A stretch of 64,000 nucleotides of DNA from Patescibacteria group bacterium UBA4787 (GTDB lineage Bacteria > Patescibacteriota > Patescibacteriia > UBA2591 > UBA4787), in contig DHGX01000001.1 in the NCBI GenBank assembly GCA_002402995.1, positions 12,850 to 76,849 of the forward strand. The letters run 5' to 3'. This document shows positions 18,829 to 28,483 of the stretch, one piece after another. Under the pieces are notes generated by a model. The model was not told where the DNA came from and ran no database searches. It saw only the letters and a list, made by a program, of their open reading frames with translations. The first letter of the stretch is position 1. Each line of letters begins with the position of its first letter. The translations under genes were made by a program, and so were the position numbers.

Positions 18829-19842
18829 TTATTTAACCGCCAAAATGCTCTTTTTATAAGAATCCAAATTATCCAAAGCGATGCCCGTGCCCTTAACCAC
18901 GCATAGATGCGGTTCTTCGGCCACATAAGCCGGCACGCCGGTAGCTTGCGTTAATAATTTATCCGCGCCACGTAACAGCGCGGTGCCGCCGGACAAAACC
19001 ATACCCTTATCCATAATATCCGCCGAAAGCTCGGGCGGAGTTTCAAAAAAAACCGTCTTAACTGCCGTGATGATATGGTTAAGCTCTTCTTGAATGGCCT
19101 CAGTAACATCATCAGAAGTTATAGTAATGGTTCGCGGCAAACCCTTAATCATATCGCGACCGCGGATTTCCATACTTAATTTATTATCCAAATAAATCGC
19201 CGAACCGATTTTAATTTTAATCTCTTCAGCTGTTCTTTCGCCAATGGCCAAATTGTATTTTTTACGAATATGATCGGCAATGGCCGCGTCTAATTTATTT
19301 CCGGCTACGCGCACCGAAGTAGAAGCGACAATACCGCCCAAAGAAATAACCGCTATTTCGCTGGTGCCACCGCCCATATCAATAATCATATGGCCGGAGG
19401 CGGAGCCGATGGGAATATTAGCGCCGATAGCCGCGGCGATGGGTTCTTTTATAATATAAGCTGCCTTGGCGCCAGCTGCTATGGTCGCGTCGATCACCGC
19501 GCGTTTCTCGGTTGAAGTGATACCGCCAGGAACAGCCACCATAACTTCCGGGCGAAAGAATCTTATTGCTCCCAGAGTTTTGTTAATGAAATATCTGAGC
19601 ATGGCTTCGGTAATCTTGTAGTCAGCGATCACGCCATCCTTCATCGGCTTGCAGGCGATAATCGTATCTGGAGTGCGACCAATCATTTCTTTGGCTTCAT
19701 CGCCAACCGCTAAAACATTTTTATCGATGGTAGAAATCGCCACCACCGATGGCTCGTTAATAACCACGCCCTTGCCCGGTAAATGAACCAAAGTTGTGGC
19801 TGTGCCCAAATCAATTCCTATTTTCTTAATAAACATAAACAT
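18829..19842 (-). CDS. mreB: rod shape-determining protein MreB
   Basis: IGIDLGTATTLV phosphate-1 motif and actin-fold signatures through the whole length. Confidence 0.85.
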   Translation of the reverse strand: MFMFIKKIGIDLGTATTLVHLPGKGVVINEPSVVAISTIDKNVLAVGDEAKEMIGRTPDTIIACKPMKDGVIADYKITEAMLRYFINKTLGAIRFFRPEVMVAVPGGITSTEKRAVIDATIAAGAKAAYIIKEPIAAAIGANIPIGSASGHMIIDMGGGTSEIAVISLGGIVASTSVRVAGNKLDAAIADHIRKKYNLAIGERTAEEIKIKIGSAIYLDNKLSMEIRGRDMIKGLPRTITITSDDVTEAIQEELNHIITAVKTVFFETPPELSADIMDKGMVLSGGTALLRGADKLLTQATGVPAYVAEEPHLCVVKGTGIALDNLDSYKKSILAVK

Positions 19843-19894
19843 AGATTTAATTCAAAACACAAAAGCAAAAATTAAAAGGTTAATATCCAAAAAT

Positions 19895-20045
19895 TCAAAA
19901 TTTATAGTCGCTTCGCTCCTGAAATTGGGGCGCCCCGCTTCGCCATAGCTCTCGCCACGCTAACGCGTTGGCGTAGCGGGTTAGCGAGGCGAGTCAGAGT
20001 CAAATCAAAAGAAGACTTTTGTTTGATCTCCTCGCTTCCAACTAT
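19895..20045 (+). repeat. repeat family C copy 1 (gaaattgg(g/a)cgccc ... agtcaaat(c/t)aaaagaagactttt(g/a)tttgat)
   Basis: Shares a ~90-bp core with 58120-58225. Contains a caaaag...cttttg hairpin. This copy carries an internal ~60-bp GC-rich insertion. Confidence 0.6.
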
Positions 20046-20082
20046 AATAGACAAACTCAAAAAAAAGTCAAATTCTGTCGAT

Positions 20083-20196
20083 TTTATTATCAAGTGAGCG
20101 AGGGAAAAGTAAATTCATTTACTTTTCCGACCTGCCTCGCCGACGCGAGTCAAGGCGGGGCGAGCGAAACAAACACAGGGTTTAATACCCTTTATT
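20083..20196 (-). repeat. family A intergenic repeat, long form, reverse orientation, copy A5
   Basis: Reverse complement of the 11239-11353 type: ttattatcaagtgagcgaggg...cacagggtttaataccctttatt. Confidence 0.8.
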
Positions 20197-20539
20197 CTAA
20201 TTCAAAAACAAGCAGCCCACATTTCTTTATTTTTTCTTTATAGGCGGGAAAACTGTTATACATAGCCCTGAGCTCTTTTTCTGTTTTTAGCTCTGGATTA
20301 ATTTGGCTTGGCTTATAATGTTTAAGCAGCGCTCCGATTGTCGGGAATAGTTGAACCCTTTTAACCAGTTTATCGAATTTTTGTTTTTCGCATATTAATA
20401 CTACGCGATCTCCGGGCTTCATTGTTTTGTATCTTTTCGTAGCGGCGCGCGTTTCAAATTTTTTGCGATTGGTTTTTATCGCGTCGAAAATATCTTTGTT
20501 GATTTTACGAAACCTCAAAATGAATACTTTATTTTCCAT
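20192..20539 (-). CDS. ASCH-domain protein
   Basis: MKPGDRVVL beta-barrel motif typical of ASCH/PUA-like domains. Start trimmed to MENKV. Confidence 0.4.
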   Translation of the reverse strand: MENKVFILRFRKINKDIFDAIKTNRKKFETRAATKRYKTMKPGDRVVLICEKQKFDKLVKRVQLFPTIGALLKHYKPSQINPELKTEKELRAMYNSFPAYKEKIKKCGLLVFELE

Positions 20540-20999
20540 GGCATTTTTTAAATACTTTTCCGCTACGGCAAAAACATAAAGACCAATCCATTGGTTCGGT
20601 GAAACGCAAATAAAAACCGAATGGGTCGACAAGACGAAAATCTTTTTTGCCCCAACGCTTGAGCTCTAATTTTTGCGTTAAAGATTTTTTTATCGAAGGA
20701 AGTACTTTTCTATAATATTTTTCTATATTATTAATCGGGATAGTTATTTCTACTTCATATCCTCGTTTAGTTTCCTTCGGAAAATGTTTAAAAAAACTTT
20801 GTTTATACACGCGTCTGTCGCCTCCATAAAAATTTATTTTTGTGCCTTGTCTCTGCATCACCAAATATCCCAAGCGCTTTTTGATTGGTTCTTCCAATAT
20901 AATATTAAATCCGAGCTGCGAATAAAACTTTTTTATTTTTTTAAAATCCGGAACGTGCAGTTCAATAAATAATTTATTTTGTATCTGATCGTTTTTCAT
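20529..20999 (-). CDS. VOC-family (glyoxalase/bleomycin-resistance fold) protein
   Basis: HVPDFKKIKKFYSQLGF start of a βαβββ module and a second half-module. 156 aa. Confidence 0.45.
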   Translation of the reverse strand: MKNDQIQNKLFIELHVPDFKKIKKFYSQLGFNIILEEPIKKRLGYLVMQRQGTKINFYGGDRRVYKQSFFKHFPKETKRGYEVEITIPINNIEKYYRKVLPSIKKSLTQKLELKRWGKKDFRLVDPFGFYLRFTEPMDWSLCFCRSGKVFKKCHGK

Positions 21000-21012
21000 A
21001 ATTATGACCAGT

Positions 21013-21615
21013 TTAACGCTGTATTTTCGTCGGTATTAATTCCCAAAAACCGCTAGCGTTTTTTACGCCGTGGAACTTCATTGCCTCATATAATTTTTTG
21101 ATACTTACTATTTTCCACTTAGGAGATAGGCGAGACGGGTCTATCAAACGTATTTTGCCTTGTTTCAAATAAACTTTGTCTATTACGCAAACATGACCGC
21201 CATGAATTTTCCCGCCATCTAAAATTTTAACTTCGTAACACGCAAGCGTGTCCTTGTCTTTCTTCTCGATTTCTTGAAGATAATTTTTAAAATCAACGAA
21301 ATTCCCAAATTGATCAATTAATTTAAATTCTAACCTTAAAGGAATATGTAATTTTTTAAAGGCATTATTCGGCGCGTACTTTTTCTGATTAATTTTCGTT
21401 CCCCAGCCTGCCGAAGATTTTTTGCCGGTTCGGCCGTGCCAAAAATGACGCAGATCTTTCTTGGGAACCGTTAAGCCCAGATAGTGGCCGATTAATTCCG
21501 CGGACACCAACGGAATGCCGCGGCGGTACATCACCATCTGAATACAAGTCGGCGCGCAACACCACATTTGTTGGGTAAAAGGAATATATCTTGAATCTTT
21601 TGGTATAATATTCAT
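21013..21615 (-). CDS. putative papain-fold cysteine peptidase (C39-like/BtrH-like)
   Basis: Q-x-x-WCCAPTC candidate catalytic Cys near the N-terminus and a HGGHVCVID candidate His region. Confidence 0.35.
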   Translation of the reverse strand: MNIIPKDSRYIPFTQQMWCCAPTCIQMVMYRRGIPLVSAELIGHYLGLTVPKKDLRHFWHGRTGKKSSAGWGTKINQKKYAPNNAFKKLHIPLRLEFKLIDQFGNFVDFKNYLQEIEKKDKDTLACYEVKILDGGKIHGGHVCVIDKVYLKQGKIRLIDPSRLSPKWKIVSIKKLYEAMKFHGVKNASGFWELIPTKIQR

Positions 21616-21679
21616 AAAATTTTATAGTTTTCCACAGACACTATTGACAAAAACACTTAAAACGATACATTTAGATTAG

Positions 21680-21785
21680 ATAAAGGAATTGGTGAAAAAG
21701 CCGATTCCGACCATGGTCGCGAGCCATGGACCAAGCCTCCCTAAACGAGGCAGAGCCCCCTAAAATACCTGGGGGCTCTTTTTAT
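21680..21785 (+). ncRNA. candidate small structured RNA, convergent with secA
   Basis: Promoter-like TTGACA (21644-21649) with a TACATT -10 after a 16-nt spacer. Three hairpins follow (CCAUGG/CCAUGG, GCCUC/GAGGC, then AGAGCCCCC-loop-GGGGGCUCU plus a T run). No plus-strand ORF. Confidence 0.25.
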
Positions 21786-21947
21786 ATTTCCTTGGGAATT
21801 TCAATATTTATCCAAATATCGTCCTGTTCACACCAATAAACAGTTCTGTCATACTCTTTTTCATTTCTGGAATCATGACTAATATCTTGGTTTTTTATAG
21901 TCATTTCTTTATTGCATTTTGGACATTTCATAATGTTATATTTATTA

Positions 21948-24794
21948 TCATTTTCCATGACAATGTTTGTACTTCATCGACCGTCCGTCCGGATGTTTCG
22001 CTCCGCAAGGACATGGATCGTTGCGACCGACTTTTGCCGATTTTCCTCCCGCCTTGACGGGGCTAGAAAATCGAGCATCCGCCGACTTGTCCGCCGTAGC
22101 CCGTAGGGCGGAGGCGGGAGTCCATTGGTTAAAGGACGAAGGCGGATTACTACCCTTTTTGCTGGGCCCGGATAAAATAATTTCTTTTGGTTTTTCTTCT
22201 GTCTGGAGTATATTGCCGGTTAAACCAACCTTGAAAATTCCATAGACGATTTCTCGGTCAATTTCTTGGAGCAAATGATTATATTTTTGAAACGCCTCTC
22301 TCTTATATTCAACCAAAGGATCGTGTTGGCCGTAAGCCCGTAAACCGATGCCTGCCTTAAGGTTTTCTATGGTTTCCAGATAATCAATCCAATAATTATC
22401 AATACTGCGTAACATTATGGAACGCTCAATGCCTGCCAAAAATATTTCTCCGTCAACTTTCAAATTTTGCGCTCCATAACCAATAAGATATTTTTCAATT
22501 TTCTCGTAATTCAATTTTGCTTTCTCGGTCAAATATTTTATTAAACGGTCACGAGCATAGACATCAGCTACGCGATCTCCGGCTTGCTCACGCAAGTCTT
22601 CCAATTCGTTTGCTAAATTTAAGTCTTTGCCAAATATGCTGATAGCCACTTCGGCAATTTCCCTTAAATTCCAATTTTCTTGAGCGTCTCCCACGGTATG
22701 GAAGGCTACAATGCGCGAAAATTCTTCTTGGGTAAGTTTTAAAATTGTATCTTTCAATAACCCGTGATCCATGACGAGAATTTGTCGCCGATGATTATAA
22801 ATCGCTTCGCGCTGTTTATTTAGGACATCATCATATTCGAGCAAATGTTTTCTTAAATCGAAGTTATAACCTTCAACTTTATTCTGCGCCGCCTCAACCG
22901 TCTTAGAAATTAACGGATTTTCCAGCGGCACATCTTCGGGCAAAGAAAAACGTTCCATCATCGCCTTCATCCTGTCGCCGCCGAAGATCCTCATTAGATC
23001 ATCTTCTGTAGAAATAAAAAATTGGCTTATACCTGGATCGCCCTGACGTCCAGAACGACCCCTTAATTGATTATCAATACGTCTTGATTCGTGCCTCTCT
23101 GTGCCGATTACTAACAAACCACCTAATTCACAAACCAGCTTCTGTTCTTTGGCGTCAGGTGGATTGCCTCCTAAAATAATATCCACACCTCGACCGGCCA
23201 TATTGGTTGCCAGAGTAACCGAACCTCGTCGACCGGCTTGTGCGATAATTTCCGCTTCACGCTCATGATTTTTAGCGTTTAGAATTTCGTGTTTGACTCC
23301 ATAATGATTCAAGAGGGCGGACAATGCTTCATTTTTTTGAATGGAAATTGTGCCAACCAAAACTGGCTGGCCATTTTCTTGTCTGGTTTTTAATTCTTTA
23401 ACCACTGCTTCCATTTTAGCTTTTTCTGTCTTAAAAATCTTATCCGACAAATCTTGTCTAATCATTTTATTGTTTGTCGGGATGATAATTACCTCTAAAT
23501 TATAAATTTTGTAGAACTCTTCTGCTTCGGTTGCCGCCGTGCCGGTCATGCCGGATAATTTTTGATAAAGCCGAAAATAATTTTGAAAAGTAATGGTGGC
23601 CAAGGTGCGCGACTCTTGTTGAACTTCCACTTCGCTATGCCCCCCGGTGTGAGACTTGGCTTCAATCGCTTGATGCAAACCTTCGGAATATCGCCGACCA
23701 TGCATTTTTCTTCCTGTAAATTCATCAATAATTACCACCTCTCCGCGTTCAATAATATAATCGCGATCTTCTTTGAAAAGTGTTTCCGCGCGCAAGGCGG
23801 CATCAACATGATGAACCAAACTAAAATTGCTGGCCGACCAAGGATCTATGCCCAGCCATTCAATCAATTTTTCCTGACCAGATTCTAATAACGCTACGGA
23901 CCGCATTTTTTCGTCTATATTATAGTCTTGATCGTTTAATTTTTTCACCAAACGAGCGAGCTGATAGTAAGTATCAGCCGAGTCTTCGGATGGCGCTGAA
24001 ATAATTAAAGGCGTTCTTGCTTCATCAATTAAGATACTATCGATTTCGTCAATGATCGCATAATGGAGCGAACGCTGTACCCGTTCTTTATGGCTATAAA
24101 CCATATTGTCCCTTAAATAATCAAAGCCAAACTCATTGTTCGTGCCATATGTAATATCAGCCAGATAAGCTTCTTTCCGACTAACCGGCCTTAAACGATC
24201 CTCTCTAACCATGAAAACGTTAACGGAGTTTTCTATAAATAAATCTTTCTTTTCTTGGTTTAATTCATTGGTAGAATTTTCTTTTGGGGCTTGATAATCG
24301 GGATCAAAGATAAAGGCCTCGTCGTGCTGGATACAGCTAACAGAAAGCCCCAAGGCGTGATAAATTTGCCCCATCCAAACAGCATCGCGTCGCGCCAAAT
24401 AATCGTTCACAGTAATAATATGAACGCCTTTGCCGGACAAAGCATTTAAATAAGCGGGTAAAGTAGCAGCTAAAGTTTTTCCCTCTCCTGTTCTCATCTC
24501 GGCGATCGTTCCGCGATGCAAAACAACGCCACCAATAAGTTGGACATTGAAATGTCTTTGACCAATAGTACGCTTTGCTGCTTCTCGCACCAATGCAAAA
24601 GCTTCTGGCAGTAAATCTTCCAAATTTTTTGTTTCTTGTGATTTTTGTTTTAACCGAATCGATTCTTGTCTAAGCTGTTCTGGGGATAAACCCTGATATT
24701 GTTGTTCTAGACTATTTATTTTTTCAACAGTTGGCAAAATCTTTTTTATTGTTCTCTCGTTCGGGTCACCAAATATTTTTAAAAAATTTGACAT
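21948..24794 (-). CDS. secA: preprotein translocase ATPase SecA
   Basis: 948 aa, DEAD-like motor motifs and the C-terminal zinc-binding tail CPCGAKHPDGRSMKYKHCHGK. Confidence 0.9.
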   Translation of the reverse strand: MSNFLKIFGDPNERTIKKILPTVEKINSLEQQYQGLSPEQLRQESIRLKQKSQETKNLEDLLPEAFALVREAAKRTIGQRHFNVQLIGGVVLHRGTIAEMRTGEGKTLAATLPAYLNALSGKGVHIITVNDYLARRDAVWMGQIYHALGLSVSCIQHDEAFIFDPDYQAPKENSTNELNQEKKDLFIENSVNVFMVREDRLRPVSRKEAYLADITYGTNNEFGFDYLRDNMVYSHKERVQRSLHYAIIDEIDSILIDEARTPLIISAPSEDSADTYYQLARLVKKLNDQDYNIDEKMRSVALLESGQEKLIEWLGIDPWSASNFSLVHHVDAALRAETLFKEDRDYIIERGEVVIIDEFTGRKMHGRRYSEGLHQAIEAKSHTGGHSEVEVQQESRTLATITFQNYFRLYQKLSGMTGTAATEAEEFYKIYNLEVIIIPTNNKMIRQDLSDKIFKTEKAKMEAVVKELKTRQENGQPVLVGTISIQKNEALSALLNHYGVKHEILNAKNHEREAEIIAQAGRRGSVTLATNMAGRGVDIILGGNPPDAKEQKLVCELGGLLVIGTERHESRRIDNQLRGRSGRQGDPGISQFFISTEDDLMRIFGGDRMKAMMERFSLPEDVPLENPLISKTVEAAQNKVEGYNFDLRKHLLEYDDVLNKQREAIYNHRRQILVMDHGLLKDTILKLTQEEFSRIVAFHTVGDAQENWNLREIAEVAISIFGKDLNLANELEDLREQAGDRVADVYARDRLIKYLTEKAKLNYEKIEKYLIGYGAQNLKVDGEIFLAGIERSIMLRSIDNYWIDYLETIENLKAGIGLRAYGQHDPLVEYKREAFQKYNHLLQEIDREIVYGIFKVGLTGNILQTEEKPKEIILSGPSKKGSNPPSSFNQWTPASALRATADKSADARFSSPVKAGGKSAKVGRNDPCPCGAKHPDGRSMKYKHCHGK

Positions 24795-24807
24795 TCTATA
24801 AATTTAT

Positions 24808-25164
24808 TTAAAATTCTATCCCTGCTTCTTTTTTTCGACGGATCATTTGTCTTGTTTTTTTTCTTTTCTCCTCTTTCCAATCTTTGAGCTCCCTCAATTG
24901 CCTGCGTAGTTTGGTTGTTATGCGATCAACTGCCTCGCTCAAGGTTCCGGCTCTTATGCTGGCATAAAGATCTTTCTTGGGCAAACGCAAAAAAGCTTCT
25001 AATCTAACAATCTCTTTTTTATTGTGTGCTGGATTAAAACTTAAATCTAGTTTAGCGAGAAAAATTTTAGCATTATATTTTTTTAAACGGTTAACGCGCT
25101 CTATAATTTTGGCTTTTACTTTTGTGTCTAGTTCAATGTTTTGAAGAAAAAATTCAATGTTCAT
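24808..25164 (-). CDS. hpf: ribosome hibernation promoting factor / RaiA family
   Basis: 118 aa βαβββα fold signature. The hpf-secA arrangement is conserved in many bacteria. Confidence 0.8.
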   Translation of the reverse strand: MNIEFFLQNIELDTKVKAKIIERVNRLKKYNAKIFLAKLDLSFNPAHNKKEIVRLEAFLRLPKKDLYASIRAGTLSEAVDRITTKLRRQLRELKDWKEEKRKKTRQMIRRKKEAGIEF

Positions 25165-25211
25165 ATATATATTTGGTTATTTAATTTTTGATCTTATTTT
25201 TGGATTTTAAA

Positions 25212-26795
25212 TTAGATTAACGGCGTGCCGGTCATTTTCTGTGGTTGTTTAATGCCTATAATTTTTAGAATGGTTGGGGCGATATCAGCTAAAACTCCAA
25301 CGGGCGGCATCAGACTCAAATCAACCTGCGCGCTGTTTCCGCCCTGTATTATTTCATAATCATGACTAACGATTATCAAGGGAACTGGATTATTAGAATG
25401 TTCTTTGTCAATCTCCCCGTTTCTTAAATTAACTAATTCTTCAGCGTTTCCATGATCAGCTGTTATTATTATATTGCCACTTTTTTCTAAAATCGCCAAA
25501 ACGATTTCTCCTAATAATTTATCGACTATTTCTGCGGCTTTAATGGTGGCCTGCAAATTACCCGTGTGCCCGACCATATCTAAATTGGCAAAATTAAGGA
25601 CGATAAAATTATACTTATTAGAAGAAATTGCTTCAATTACTTTTTGTGTCACAATCGGCGCGGACATTTCTGGTTTCTGGTCGTAACTGGCGATGCGGGG
25701 TGAAGGAACCAAAATCCAATCTTCTTTTTCGAACGGCTTCTCTGATCCACCGTTCATAAAATAAGTAACGTGCGCGTATTTTTCTGTTTCCGCGATGTGA
25801 AGCTGCTTGAGGCCTGCCTCGCTGATTACCCTTGCTAGCGGCATAATAATTCTTTCTGGCGGAGAAATAATTTCTACAGGCAGTCCTTCTTCATATTCTG
25901 TCATCGTAGCGAAAAATAAGTTTTTTATTCTTGAACCACGGTCAAATTCAGAAAAATTATTCAGCACGAAAGCTCTAGTGAGTTCGCGCGCGCGATCGGG
26001 GCGGAAATTAAAATAAATTATTGCATCGTTCTCTTGAACCGTCGACAGAGGCAAATCGTCGGCGCCCGAAATAATGGTTGGCTCAAATTCTTCATCAAAA
26101 ATATTGTTTTGATATGAAGCTTTGATCGCCTCTAGCGGATTTTTGGAAAGCTTGCCTTTGCCTATCGTCATTAAACGATAAACTTTTTCAATCCTTTCCC
26201 AATGATTATCCCGATCCATCGCGTAATAACGCCCCGAGAGGCTAGCTATTTTTCCACACTTATAAGATTTTAACTTTTCTTCCAACTCGGCGATAAAAAC
26301 TTTGGCGGAATCTCTAGGTGCGTCACGACCGTCTAAAAAAGCATGGATAAAAATTCTATTAAATTTATGTTGGCTGGCACAATCTATTAAAGAAAAAAGA
26401 TGGTCCGAAGAAGAATGGACATTACCTCGGGAAACTAAACCTATTAAATGAAGATTAGATTTATTTTCTTCGGCGTGTTTGATGGCCTTTAAGATAACTT
26501 CATTTTTTAAAAACTCTCCACTGACAATTAAACGGTTAATTCTAGGTAGGTCCTGGTAAATGATTTTACCAGCGCCGATATTCAAATGTCCAACTTCGGA
26601 ATTACCCATTACGCCCCACGGCAAACCAACCGCCTCGCCTGAGGCCTGAAGAGTAAACGTCGGACAACTGGCCGTCAATTTATTGAAAAACGGGGTTTTT
26701 GCCAAAGTAATGGCATTGCCCTGGCTCGGCGGAGCAACACCCCAGCCATCCAATATAATCAAAGCTGTCAGTCCTTTTGTTTGCTTTTCGACCAT
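25212..26795 (-). CDS. gpmI: 2,3-bisphosphoglycerate-independent phosphoglycerate mutase (iPGM), copy 1
   Basis: ILDGWG, AETEKYAHVTYF and ITADHGNAEE motifs. Confidence 0.85.
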   Translation of the reverse strand: MVEKQTKGLTALIILDGWGVAPPSQGNAITLAKTPFFNKLTASCPTFTLQASGEAVGLPWGVMGNSEVGHLNIGAGKIIYQDLPRINRLIVSGEFLKNEVILKAIKHAEENKSNLHLIGLVSRGNVHSSSDHLFSLIDCASQHKFNRIFIHAFLDGRDAPRDSAKVFIAELEEKLKSYKCGKIASLSGRYYAMDRDNHWERIEKVYRLMTIGKGKLSKNPLEAIKASYQNNIFDEEFEPTIISGADDLPLSTVQENDAIIYFNFRPDRARELTRAFVLNNFSEFDRGSRIKNLFFATMTEYEEGLPVEIISPPERIIMPLARVISEAGLKQLHIAETEKYAHVTYFMNGGSEKPFEKEDWILVPSPRIASYDQKPEMSAPIVTQKVIEAISSNKYNFIVLNFANLDMVGHTGNLQATIKAAEIVDKLLGEIVLAILEKSGNIIITADHGNAEELVNLRNGEIDKEHSNNPVPLIIVSHDYEIIQGGNSAQVDLSLMPPVGVLADIAPTILKIIGIKQPQKMTGTPLI

Positions 26796-26806
26796 TATCT
26801 AAATAA

Positions 26807-28423
26807 TTATATAATTAAACTTTTTCCAGTCATTTCTGTCGGCTGCTTAATGCCCATAATTTCCAATACCGTAGGCGCAACATCTCCCAAAACGCCGCCT
26901 TCCCGCAAATGAGCAAATTTATATTTTGGATGAAAAATTATGGCTGGCACCGGATTAATTGAATGCTTGGTGTCAATCTCTCCAGTCTTTAAATTGATCA
27001 TTTCTTCAGCATTTCCGTGATCAGCCGTGATAAAAGCCCAACCGTTCTTGCGCTTTAAAGCTTCCAAAATTTTAGCCAAACATTGGTCAACAACCGTAAT
27101 TCCTTTAACCGCTGCCTCTAAATTTCCAGTGTGACCTAACATATCAGGATTAGCGAAATTAATAACCATAAAATCCGGATCGGCTTTGCGCAAAATTTTT
27201 AAAGCTTCGGCTGTGATTTTGAAAGCGCCCATTTCCGGGACCATATTATAATGTTCAACCGATGGAGATTTAAGCGCGATGCGATTCTCGCCCACCACCG
27301 GGCGATCGTAACCGCCGTTAAAAAAGTAAGTAACGTGCGCGTATTTTTCTGTTTCCGCGATGTAAAATTGGTTCAAACCTTTTAAAACCCAGGGCAGAGT
27401 ATTAATTGGCATTCTGTCTGGATAGGCCGTGTGGATATTGTCTAAATCCGGCCCAAAACTTGTCATAGCCACAAACAACAAATTTTCTAGATATTTTTTT
27501 CGGCGGAAAGAATTCGGATTCATCTTTGTAAAATCTTTTTGCGCGAAAACCTTGGTTAATTCACGCGCGCGATCAGAACGCAAATTCATAAAAATAACCA
27601 CATCGCGATCTTCTACGGTCGCGAGTGGTTTGCTATTTTTATCAACTATGACTGTAGGCTTAACGAACTCGTCGGTTTCGCCGCGATTATAAGCCTGAAC
27701 AATGGCTTCATCTGCTTTTTCCGCGGTCACCTCGCTCCGACCCAAAACAATCGCGTCATAAACTTTCTCGACAACCGGCCAGTTCTTTTTTCGGTCCATT
27801 GCGTAAAATCTTCCGCAAACAGAGGCAATAATAATTTTTTGCTTATCATTAACATGATTATGATTCCGCACCCCGTTAACTTTTCTCTCAAATCTTTTAA
27901 TTAATTTGATGGCGGCGTGTTGCGAAGAATCGCGACCGTCGGTAAACAAGTGAATATAGATATTTTCCACGCCCTCATTTAATAAAAATTTTAACATGGC
28001 CATCCAGTGATCGGGCGAAGAATGGGCGCTGTCATTTTCGGTGATCAATCCCATTAAATGCAATTTTGATTTGTGATATTTGAGATAGTTAATCGCCTCT
28101 AAAAAAATAGGGTTTTTAAAAAAATCTCCATTCTTAATTTCTTCTGTGATCGTCGTATTTTCACTTTCTACTAAGCGACCCGCGCCAATATTTAAATGCC
28201 CGGACTCTGAATTTCCCACTTGCGGATCTGGTAAACCCGCGCAACGACCATGCGCGCAAAGACTTTTAATAGAAGGGTAATTTCTATACAGCCAATTCAT
28301 TGTCTTTGTTTTCGCTAAAGTAACAGCGTTGCCACGATTTGGCGGAGCTATACCCCAGCCGTCTAAGATAACCAGTAAGGCCGGCTCCTTTTTGATTTTT
28401 GATCTCACCAAAGACGAAAACAT
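26807..28423 (-). CDS. 2,3-bisphosphoglycerate-independent phosphoglycerate mutase paralog, copy 2
   Basis: Same motif set (ILDGWG, AETEKYAHVTYFFNGG, ITADHGNAEE) in a diverged sequence, immediately upstream of copy 1. Confidence 0.8.
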   Translation of the reverse strand: MFSSLVRSKIKKEPALLVILDGWGIAPPNRGNAVTLAKTKTMNWLYRNYPSIKSLCAHGRCAGLPDPQVGNSESGHLNIGAGRLVESENTTITEEIKNGDFFKNPIFLEAINYLKYHKSKLHLMGLITENDSAHSSPDHWMAMLKFLLNEGVENIYIHLFTDGRDSSQHAAIKLIKRFERKVNGVRNHNHVNDKQKIIIASVCGRFYAMDRKKNWPVVEKVYDAIVLGRSEVTAEKADEAIVQAYNRGETDEFVKPTVIVDKNSKPLATVEDRDVVIFMNLRSDRARELTKVFAQKDFTKMNPNSFRRKKYLENLLFVAMTSFGPDLDNIHTAYPDRMPINTLPWVLKGLNQFYIAETEKYAHVTYFFNGGYDRPVVGENRIALKSPSVEHYNMVPEMGAFKITAEALKILRKADPDFMVINFANPDMLGHTGNLEAAVKGITVVDQCLAKILEALKRKNGWAFITADHGNAEEMINLKTGEIDTKHSINPVPAIIFHPKYKFAHLREGGVLGDVAPTVLEIMGIKQPTEMTGKSLII

Positions 28424-28483
28424 AAAAAAAATAATTAAGAATTAAGAATTAAATTTCGCGCTTCAAGATTTGAGATTTAAGAT

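Noticed and set aside
21875-22245. Several 60-90-aa plus-strand ORFs
   Set aside because: All lie antisense inside the 3' end of secA. Arg/Pro-rich translations of the SecA zinc-tail region.
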